Of a stretch of DNA of 64,000 nt, positions 56,912 through 64,000 are shown one piece after another (the first letter of the stretch is position 1; every line of letters begins with the position of its first letter). This DNA is from an uncultured candidate division WWE3 bacterium. Lineage in GTDB: Bacteria > Patescibacteriota > WWE3 > UBA101185 > UBA10185. The notes under the pieces are model-generated. The model searched no databases. It was not told the DNA's origin and saw only the letters and a program-made list of their open reading frames with translations. The position numbers were made by a program, and so were the translations under genes. The stretch is taken from NCBI GenBank assembly GCA_938004185.1, contig CALKWN010000065.1, positions 633,943 to 697,942 on the forward strand. Reading direction: 5' to 3'.

Positions 56912-57355
56912 CTAAGGCTTGGGGGGATTTACTATATCACCAACAAGCTCTTCAATTCCGCCAAAAATATTTCCGAAAATGTCATCAAACCCTATCTTTA
57001 TTCCGAACCAACCTGCAGCTATAGTAAATAATCCGAAAAAAGCCACGACTACCAGAGCACCAAACAAGGCGTAAGTCCAAGTACTTTTTGCCGAATCTAG
57101 GGCACGCGGATCTCCTGTTGCTGTAGAGGCCTTCCACGCACCATATCCGAGAACGGCTACAAAAGCTATACCTACAAGAAAAACCGTCCAATTCATTATC
57201 CTTATAAGAATGGTTTTCATATCACCCAACGAGGGGTTATCCATATCAATATCCGATGCGTAGGATACTACCGAAAAAACTATTAATATAATAAAAGGCG
57301 ATAAAAAGCCTGAAATTTTCTTGAATTTTTGCGTAATTTTAAAAAATTTGTTCAT
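56912..57355 (-). CDS. TrbC/VirB2-like pilin-domain protein (paralog 1)
   Basis: Two TM helices flanking 'TATGDPRALDSAKSTWTYALFGA'. Shares a (S/T)xGD..A...A....A..G core with the three downstream paralogs. Confidence 0.45.
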   Translation of the reverse strand: MNKFFKITQKFKKISGFLSPFIILIVFSVVSYASDIDMDNPSLGDMKTILIRIMNWTVFLVGIAFVAVLGYGAWKASTATGDPRALDSAKSTWTYALFGALVVVAFFGLFTIAAGWFGIKIGFDDIFGNIFGGIEELVGDIVNPPKP

Positions 57356-57361
57356 AAGCTA

Positions 57362-57697
57362 TTAATAAACGTCCTTAACATCCAGCATTGTGAACAGGAC
57401 TGCCTTCACTCCCCAAGCTATAGCACTGACAAGCATGGCTACAAGCGACCAAAATAACGCCCTTTGGGCTCTTTGGACCGCTTTGGGATCACCCCCACTC
57501 GTTAAATATAGAACAAAGGAATAAGCAAAACCAATGGTTGATAAACCCGCGCCTATTATTAAAAACACATTAGCAAAAACTATGGCCAATTCTGCTAAAC
57601 CTTTACCAGGCATAACTCCGGTAGCCACATCCGTACCTCCCACAACATCTTTTAAATAATCAAACGGATTCAATTTCGATTCTCCATGTAAAAACAA
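57362..57697 (-). CDS. TrbC/VirB2-like pilin-domain protein (paralog 2)
   Basis: 'TSGGDPKAVQRAQRALFWSLVAMLVSAIAWG' lies between two hydrophobic helices. 111 aa. Confidence 0.45.
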   Translation of the reverse strand: MFLHGESKLNPFDYLKDVVGGTDVATGVMPGKGLAELAIVFANVFLIIGAGLSTIGFAYSFVLYLTSGGDPKAVQRAQRALFWSLVAMLVSAIAWGVKAVLFTMLDVKDVY

Positions 57698-57754
57698 CAG
57701 GGGCCCGGGCCTACCGGGCCCACTTAACTACTAACTAAAGCGGTGGCCCCAAGG

Positions 57755-58087
57755 TTAATAATCCTCAGCGATATTTTGTCCGCCAAGAAGTGTAAGGATT
57801 ATTGTCCTCAAACCGTAAACGATAAGTAAGCCAACACCACCGATAACTGCATAAGTAAGAGTTTTCTGTGCAGAGTCAACAGCGTTCTTATCACCCTGTG
57901 AAGTTACATATTTAACAAATCCAAGAGCTAACATTACAACAACTACTGCAACACCTACAACAATGATCACGTTTGTGATGACAGTTACTAACTCGTTAAC
58001 GCTAGTCACTGCAATTCCTGACAACGGGTCAGAACTCACAGTTTGAGTTGCGTACACTTTACTCTCAAGAATAGATAATAAGTTCAT
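57755..58087 (-). CDS. TrbC/VirB2-like pilin-domain protein (paralog 3)
   Basis: 'TSQGDKNAVDSAQKTLTYAVIGGVGLLIVYG' lies between two hydrophobic helices. 110 aa. Confidence 0.5.
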   Translation of the reverse strand: MNLLSILESKVYATQTVSSDPLSGIAVTSVNELVTVITNVIIVVGVAVVVVMLALGFVKYVTSQGDKNAVDSAQKTLTYAVIGGVGLLIVYGLRTIILTLLGGQNIAEDY

Positions 58088-58127
58088 AATTAATATTTAG
58101 CTTCTACACCTCCCTCGAAAAAACCTT

Positions 58128-59213
58128 CTACAATCCTGAGTCAACCCCCAGGATACTGTTAATTATAGCTCGAAGTATAAATACTGACAACAGAATGAAG
58201 AGAGAACCAAGTATTGCCGCCGTAAACTGCTCTTTGCCTTCTTTTGCTCTGCCCGGGTCTCCCTCGCTAACCATAAGTAGATACCCGGAGTAAATTATGC
58301 CCATTATCCCGACAAATATTCCTGCGTAAAAGAGTATTTTGAAAACGGGGGATAGTAATCCTGCTATGTCATTTATTATGGGACCGTCGTATTGCATTAT
58401 TTCGAAGATTGATTCTGGCGAGCTACCTGCTACACAATAAGTAGTGCTGATATCGCACCCACCCTCAATACAGTAAAGGGACCCTGTTGCGGTAACACAA
58501 CAGTGATCGCCCAAAGTACCGCAATTTGCATCGGTTGGGTCGTCCCCACAAACTGTACCATAACAGTCAAGGCCTCCGAAACAAGTGTCTGTGCTAGTAC
58601 CACAACACCTCTCGCCAATATCATCACAACACGCCTGATAACCATCTAAATGCATACTAACACGGTTGTATGTGCACCAAGTCTCATCACCCTCATGCTC
58701 TGGTTGGCACACACCTCCATCGCAAATCATTGCCCCATACAAGGAACTGTCTTCGCAAACATCTCCTGGACAACAAGTCTCGCCAGGATCGTTACAATCA
58801 TTGGTGTCCTCAGTACAAACCTTACCGTAGAGTGTGGTGGTACAAACAAGGGGTGCTACACACTGGGTATTACCGCAACAAGAATCTCCGACACTATCAC
58901 AATCCTCACATACCCAAGTACTGGTATTACACATAAGAGTGCCGTCGCAGGTGCAACCACTTTTATATTGACTGGGAGTAGCATCAGAACACACCGACGT
59001 GGTTGTTCCCGATGGCGGCGTTGGTATCACAACATAACATGACTCCCCATCCCCACCACACGAAGCACCGGAGGAACATGTGGTAGCAAAGCTTTTTTGC
59101 CCCAAAACGATACCAAACAGGATTATCAAACTAAACACAAAATAACGGTGCAGAGACACTGAGTGTAATTTAAAAAGCAATGCTTTAATCTTTAAATAAA
59201 CTGGGTTTGCCAT
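58128..59213 (-). CDS. Secreted Cys-rich protein fused to a C-terminal TrbC/VirB2-like pilin domain
   Basis: Signal/TM helix. ~250-aa domain with about 50 Cys in (C..C..G.C) spacing. C-terminal 'SEGDPGRAKEGKEQFTAAILGS' flanked by TM helices is homologous to the three small pilin paralogs. Confidence 0.45.
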   Translation of the reverse strand: MANPVYLKIKALLFKLHSVSLHRYFVFSLIILFGIVLGQKSFATTCSSGASCGGDGESCYVVIPTPPSGTTTSVCSDATPSQYKSGCTCDGTLMCNTSTWVCEDCDSVGDSCCGNTQCVAPLVCTTTLYGKVCTEDTNDCNDPGETCCPGDVCEDSSLYGAMICDGGVCQPEHEGDETWCTYNRVSMHLDGYQACCDDIGERCCGTSTDTCFGGLDCYGTVCGDDPTDANCGTLGDHCCVTATGSLYCIEGGCDISTTYCVAGSSPESIFEIMQYDGPIINDIAGLLSPVFKILFYAGIFVGIMGIIYSGYLLMVSEGDPGRAKEGKEQFTAAILGSLFILLSVFILRAIINSILGVDSGL

Positions 59214-59289
59214 GGGTACACTTAAAATCTACCAGCTGGTTTAAAAAAAATCCATAGGGAAACAAGATACTGATATAATAAACATAGTT

Positions 59290-61125
59290 ATGTTTTATCC
59301 GAAACCTGCACCCATAAAACACACGATAAAAGCAGCTAGAATACTAGTTGTGGGGTTACTCGTACTTCAAATTGGATTTATTAATATTCCCACACTCGCC
59401 GACGACCCCTGCAAAAACATCCAAGACCTAGACGACAGAGCCGAATGCTACGAAAAACAAATCGATAAAAAAGAAGACGAATACGAATCCACGAGCAGCA
59501 AGCTCGAACAAATCCGAAACACAAAAAATCAAATCAGCCAAAAAATATCCGACCTCTTAGGACAAATAAATGTGACCCAAGCTGAAATAAACGAACTGCA
59601 AGCGGAAATAACAAAAGTAAAAACCCAGCTCGATGAAATAAATTCAATACTCGCAGACCGCAAAGGAACCCTTTCCGAAAAAATCAATCTAAGAAATAAA
59701 GTTCTTCGTACTTACTCGAAAAGACACTTACTAAATGACATCGAAACCTTTCTCATTTCAAAAAATTCTGCGGGATTAAGCGGGTTTCAATTCGCAACAA
59801 TGTCTCAGGCATTTAACACTGCCGTTACCGACGAAACCGTAAAAATAATCTCCGGCTTAAACTCCGAAATAGAAAGTTATGAAAAAGACAAAGCAGAGGG
59901 GGAAAAATTAAAAGGCGAACTCGAAGATACACAAAAAGAATTTCTAGCCGCAAAAGCTGAGTTGGATGCCAGAAAAAACACCGCACAAAGTGAGTTCAAC
60001 GAAGCAGCAGAAAAAGAAACAGGCTATCAAAATAAACTCTCCAACTTGCAAAAGGAAATTTCAGAGCTTTCTTCAAAACAACAAAGTATTTTAAAACAAA
60101 AGTACGGAGATGAGTACGGATCTGTAGGTGATTACGAGCCGCCGGAAGCCAAAACTCCCGATCCTCCGTTTAAACCCGCCTTTGCAGCTTTTAGTTACGG
60201 CGCCTACACACACTACAACGGAATGAGTCAGTACGGCGCGAAAGCCCGAGCCGAATCAGGTCAGGATTACAAAGAAATTCTCAAATTCTACTACAAAGTG
60301 GGGGTCAAAGAAGAAGATGATTTTCCGGATAAAATAAAGGTTGATGGTTATGGTGAACTTGACTTTCAATATTACCTTTACGGCCTTGCTGAAATGCCTA
60401 CAAACTGGCCTTTAGACGCATTAAAAGCCCAAGCTATAGCTGGCCGAACATATGCGTACAGATCAAATAAACCTATCTGCACTACGCAAGCGTGCCAAGT
60501 ATTCAGTAAAAGCAAAGCAGACAAAGTAAAAAACGGAGAATACCCTAATTGGAAAAAGGCGGTTGACGATACGAAAGATAAAATATTAGATAACCCGACA
60601 ACATCCCAATACTCATCCACAACAGGAGGATATATAAACAACGTCGGCTGGGATACTTACGGAACGTGGCCGGGCAAAGCTTACGAGAAAAAAGGAGAAT
60701 CTCCGTGGTTTTACAAAGCCTGGTACACAAAAAGCTATAACAGTACTGACACCTGTGGCCATAACCATCCCTGGCTAACCGAAAAAGAAATGGCCGACAT
60801 ACTAAATGCCTACATAGTCTGGGATAGAGGGACAGACAGCGAAAGGGACCATATTTCACCCGTAACCACAAGTTGCTGGGGCGGTGACCCTTATTCCTTG
60901 GATGAGATGGCTGAAAAAGCCGAAAAATACGGCGATAAATATACAAAAGTAACATCCGTCGACGTGGAAATCAGCAACGGGGGTTACACTTCAAAAGTAA
61001 TTCTCGGAACCAACAAAGGCACCGTAACCTTAAGCGGAGAAACATTTAAAACCGTGTTCAATCTTCGAGCCCCGTCTTACATAGCAATAAGAAGCCGACT
61101 TTTCGATCTTGAAAAACGGGATTAA
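59290..61125 (+). CDS. Coiled-coil protein with C-terminal SpoIID/LytB-like domain (cell-wall hydrolase/amidase enhancer-like)
   Basis: N-terminal TM helix, then long coiled coil. C-terminal 'LDALKAQAIAGRTYAYRS...CTTQACQVF' resembles the SpoIID/LytB domain signature. Confidence 0.5.
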   Translation: MFYPKPAPIKHTIKAARILVVGLLVLQIGFINIPTLADDPCKNIQDLDDRAECYEKQIDKKEDEYESTSSKLEQIRNTKNQISQKISDLLGQINVTQAEINELQAEITKVKTQLDEINSILADRKGTLSEKINLRNKVLRTYSKRHLLNDIETFLISKNSAGLSGFQFATMSQAFNTAVTDETVKIISGLNSEIESYEKDKAEGEKLKGELEDTQKEFLAAKAELDARKNTAQSEFNEAAEKETGYQNKLSNLQKEISELSSKQQSILKQKYGDEYGSVGDYEPPEAKTPDPPFKPAFAAFSYGAYTHYNGMSQYGAKARAESGQDYKEILKFYYKVGVKEEDDFPDKIKVDGYGELDFQYYLYGLAEMPTNWPLDALKAQAIAGRTYAYRSNKPICTTQACQVFSKSKADKVKNGEYPNWKKAVDDTKDKILDNPTTSQYSSTTGGYINNVGWDTYGTWPGKAYEKKGESPWFYKAWYTKSYNSTDTCGHNHPWLTEKEMADILNAYIVWDRGTDSERDHISPVTTSCWGGDPYSLDEMAEKAEKYGDKYTKVTSVDVEISNGGYTSKVILGTNKGTVTLSGETFKTVFNLRAPSYIAIRSRLFDLEKRD

Positions 61126-61152
61126 GCACCGACGTAATGATATAATTACGAC

Positions 61153-61713
61153 ATGCTCGGATCTCTGCAGGAAAACCCTAAACACACCTCATACGAAGGG
61201 CGCGATGAAGACGAAAGGATAAAGTACGTAATCAGAAAATCCACACTTACTGCCGTCCCTTGGATAATCGCCTCGATAATGCTTTTTATAATTCCGATGT
61301 TTGTAGGTTATGTTATTTCCCTATTTCCCGAAAATACGCCTGTAATATTTGACAGCGGGTCAGTGCTCATAATTACCGTTCTTTGGTACCTTTTTTCTTT
61401 CGGTTTTTTCTTCCAAAACCTGCTGAGCTGGTTTTTTAATGTTCTGGTAATTACAAATAAAAAAATTGTTGATGTAGATTTTGTAGGATTTCTTTACAAA
61501 AATATTTCCGAAACCACCCTCGATAAAGTCGAAGACGTTACTTCAAATGTTTCGGGGCCGCTGGGAGTTACTTTTAACATCGGTGCCCTTTACATACAAA
61601 CAGCAGCAGAAAAAAGGGAGTTTGAGTTTCATGGAATAGAAGACCCTTCAAAAGTGAGAGATGTTTTAGCGGACCTTGTAGAAAATATAAAAAAACATGC
61701 GCACCACAACTGA
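61153..61713 (+). CDS. Membrane protein with bacterial PH (bPH_2/YdbT-like) domain
   Basis: Two TM helices followed by a ~100-aa domain, 'KKIVDVDFVGFLYKNISETTLDKVEDVTSNVSGPLGVTFNIGALYIQTA', consistent with bPH_2 topology. Confidence 0.4.
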   Translation: MLGSLQENPKHTSYEGRDEDERIKYVIRKSTLTAVPWIIASIMLFIIPMFVGYVISLFPENTPVIFDSGSVLIITVLWYLFSFGFFFQNLLSWFFNVLVITNKKIVDVDFVGFLYKNISETTLDKVEDVTSNVSGPLGVTFNIGALYIQTAAEKREFEFHGIEDPSKVRDVLADLVENIKKHAHHN

Positions 61714-61954
61714 TAATTTGGAAAATTTAATAGCTCCGGAAATGGTAACCACAATAACTGATTTTGTTGTGCTAATCATGGTGGGAGGATACGCTTTGTT
61801 TTCATTCCTTTTAATGAGACAGATTAAGCTTATGAACAGAAGTTTAGCTACACCTATGGCGTCGCTGTACACTTTTATAGGGCGTCTTCACTTCGCTGTT
61901 TCATTGATATTGCTTTTAGCCGCATTGATAAATTTGTCCTAAGAAAGGGCCGGT

Positions 61955-63808
61955 ATGAAAAAGAAATTAACTGCTAAAACACAAGAGATAAATCCCCCGC
62001 TAAAACAGTTCTCCACTTCTTTTTCAAAGTGTCTCACTATAGAACCTGAATCGAAAGATCTTCAGTTAAAAAAGGGTGTTATTTACGCGGTCTATGAAAT
62101 ATCGGGAAATGCAAATTTTGACACCTCACTTGCTGACAGAGCTTTAAGAGACATGCTCCATAACAGTTATTTCCAATCGGAAAACATATCGCCCATTCAA
62201 TCTTTGGAAAAAGCTATTGTCGAGTCAAAAGAAAAAATTTTACAGCTTTCAAACGACGCGTTGAGCGCCGAACCCGCAAACGTACAACTTAATATTTCTG
62301 CCGGCGTCCTATGGGGAAATGTTTTTTACGCCGTAACAGTAGGAGAATCTGATAGCTACCTCATGCGTGAGGGAGCGGTTAAACCCATTGAATCCGTAAG
62401 CGAAGGTACTTTCGCGGCAGCTTCAGGTATTGTTCGAGATGAAGATGTTGTCATTCTCTGTACAAGACAATTCAGCAAAAACTACCCTCCACAAAAACTT
62501 CTCTCAACCAGAATAGGTGAGCAGGATTTAAAAGAAAATGAAGCCTGTATTCTTTTAAAATTTATCACCGACACATCTTTTGCCGAAGAAGAAACAGTTG
62601 ACTTCGGTTTGGAAAAACAGGCAAGCCGTACGAGAAAAAGAGAAAAAGTTGAAAAAATTATTTTAGGCGCAAGAAAAGGTCTGGAAAAGACCTCACCGAT
62701 TTTTAATAAGATAAAATGTCTTTTTGCAAACAAAAAACGACCGTCGGCTCCCCAACAGGACATTTCAGGATTAAACAGAGTGGCAAGGGGAAAAATACAA
62801 GCGGAAACAAAAAACTACGATGGAAAAACTTTTCAAAAAATAGCCGGAAAAATCGTGTATATACTTCCTATACTTGGGGTGGTTTTAGCAGTTACGCTGG
62901 CGATTCAATTAGCTGGAAAAAAAGAATCGACGGAGCAATCGCCTGAGCAAAATAATTCCGACCAGCTTGCGGTAGAACAAACAGAAAGTGAACCGATTCA
63001 AGTTGATATGGCCGAAATAACAAAAGACGACGAAGAATTTAAAGTAAAAAGAGTAAGCCCCGAAGTTTTCTACGATATAAAAATTACCGATCAAAGTGCC
63101 GAACCCTCGGAACTGGTAATAATTTCCGACTTTCTTATTGCCGCGGATTCTTCAACGGGAACAATATTCAAATCAGACGCCGACACCGCAAAATTCGTTG
63201 CAGAATCCACAAAATATCCGGGCCTTAAATCATTAATAAATCAAAACGGCCGTCTTGGATTCCTGCAAAACGGGCAGTACATTTCTTACTCTCTAACTGA
63301 TACTACTGACGCAGAATCTTTTGAGTTGGCGGGCGTTGAAATAATTAATACTTACTCCGATTATCTCTACGGAATAACCGGAGATAAACTAAACAGATAC
63401 ACAAAATCAGGCGATGTTTACGAAGAAACGTTGTGGGGGCAAAGTGCGGAATTTCAAAACTCAAAATCCTTGACCGTGGCGTATAGCATATATTTAATCA
63501 CTGCTAACGGAGAACTCACAAAACACACCAGCGGAAATAAAAATTCATTTTCGATAAAAGGACTAAACAAAGATCTTACCGGAGCAACAAAAGTAATTAC
63601 CGATATAGATTTTGACAACATATACGTTCTCGATCCCGTAAATCAGCGTATTGTTGTAATTGATACGGACGGAAACCTTGTAACACAGTACACTCACGAA
63701 CCTCAAACCTCGTGGGATTCCATTAGGGATATGAGTATAAGTTCCGATGAAAGCAAAATTTACCTTTTGAACGGCAGCAAGGTTTTACTTATAAACAACG
63801 AGATTTAA
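61955..63808 (+). CDS. Membrane protein with N-terminal PP2C-like (possibly degenerate) domain and large C-terminal extracytoplasmic domain
   Basis: 'VTVGESDSYLMREG' resembles the PP2C 'NvGDSRaYL.R.G' motif. Single TM 'IVYILPILGVVLAVTLAIQLAG'. The C-terminal ~300 aa are of unknown function. Confidence 0.35.
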   Translation: MKKKLTAKTQEINPPLKQFSTSFSKCLTIEPESKDLQLKKGVIYAVYEISGNANFDTSLADRALRDMLHNSYFQSENISPIQSLEKAIVESKEKILQLSNDALSAEPANVQLNISAGVLWGNVFYAVTVGESDSYLMREGAVKPIESVSEGTFAAASGIVRDEDVVILCTRQFSKNYPPQKLLSTRIGEQDLKENEACILLKFITDTSFAEEETVDFGLEKQASRTRKREKVEKIILGARKGLEKTSPIFNKIKCLFANKKRPSAPQQDISGLNRVARGKIQAETKNYDGKTFQKIAGKIVYILPILGVVLAVTLAIQLAGKKESTEQSPEQNNSDQLAVEQTESEPIQVDMAEITKDDEEFKVKRVSPEVFYDIKITDQSAEPSELVIISDFLIAADSSTGTIFKSDADTAKFVAESTKYPGLKSLINQNGRLGFLQNGQYISYSLTDTTDAESFELAGVEIINTYSDYLYGITGDKLNRYTKSGDVYEETLWGQSAEFQNSKSLTVAYSIYLITANGELTKHTSGNKNSFSIKGLNKDLTGATKVITDIDFDNIYVLDPVNQRIVVIDTDGNLVTQYTHEPQTSWDSIRDMSISSDESKIYLLNGSKVLLINNEI

Positions 63809-64000
63809 GACTATAGGATTTAGACGGTTTAGCTGATTTCTCAAAAAAGAGGCCATTGACCTTAATGGTCCTAGTAAGTAAAATACCACTGCTTAAGTAG
63901 GATGATAAACAACGAGAAGTATATTCTGGAAAACCTACGAAAGACCCTCTGCTACAAATGCGGGACGAGTTTAGAGAGAGCCGAAATCGTGCCCATTTCA

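Noticed and set aside
58650-59042. 130-aa and 88-aa plus-strand ORFs rich in His/Thr/Gly
   Set aside because: They are antisense to the Cys-repeat pilin-fusion gene. The long open frames arise from mirrored Cys-codon periodicity (TGT/TGC read in reverse as ACA/GCA).

Overview
This is a low-GC window from a small-genome bacterium. The gene content (TrbC/VirB2-like pilin paralogs, a VirB6/TrbL-like protein, giant extracellular proteins) is compatible with a CPR/Patescibacteria-like lineage, but that is an inference only.

The housekeeping backbone is well supported:
- ftsH and trpS at the left end.
- A complete suf Fe-S assembly operon (ArsR-type regulator, then sufC, sufB, sufD, sufS, sufU) followed by a DUF1858 redox protein and hpf.
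- The dnaG-rpoD operon.
- mscL, a CaCA antiporter, a ManC-like nucleotidyltransferase, an AlkD-like and an ATL-like alkylation-damage protein, comFC, and the ssrA(tmRNA)-smpB pair.
- Ten tRNA genes.

The main accessory feature is a putative integrated element of about 11 kb immediately 3' of tRNA-Asn (13.8-25.1 kb). It carries a large serine recombinase whose ORF reads into the tRNA, several hypothetical genes, a putative Type II restriction-modification pair (PD-(D/E)XK endonuclease plus a C5-cytosine methyltransferase with an N-terminal MerR-type HTH), a Panacea/DUF4065 antitoxin-like gene translationally coupled to an unknown partner, and a compact RiPP-like locus. That locus encodes a 49-aa precursor with six Cys residues (SCIFF/ranthipeptide-like) with a strong RBS, directly upstream of a radical SAM enzyme with a canonical C-terminal SPASM motif.

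The right third of the window (47-61 kb) encodes two secreted/membrane giants of about 1300 aa, a VirB6/TrbL-like polytopic protein, four paralogous TrbC/VirB2-like pilin-domain proteins (one fused to a large Cys-rich domain) and a SpoIID/LytB-like wall hydrolase. Together these look like a T4SS-type pilus/cell-surface module.

Two sequence-level patterns are not explained by the genes. First, a 16-nt motif ACACTATAGG-TTGAC(A/G) occurs three times, each fused to a perfectly spaced sigma70-like promoter. Second, four tRNA genes (Ile, Ser-GGA, Ala, Arg) each have a 20-37-nt copy of one tRNA end placed 146-179 bp away; the intervening inserts of roughly 115-145 bp share short motifs in at least two cases.

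All calls are from reading the sequence and ORF track by eye; no database searches were run.
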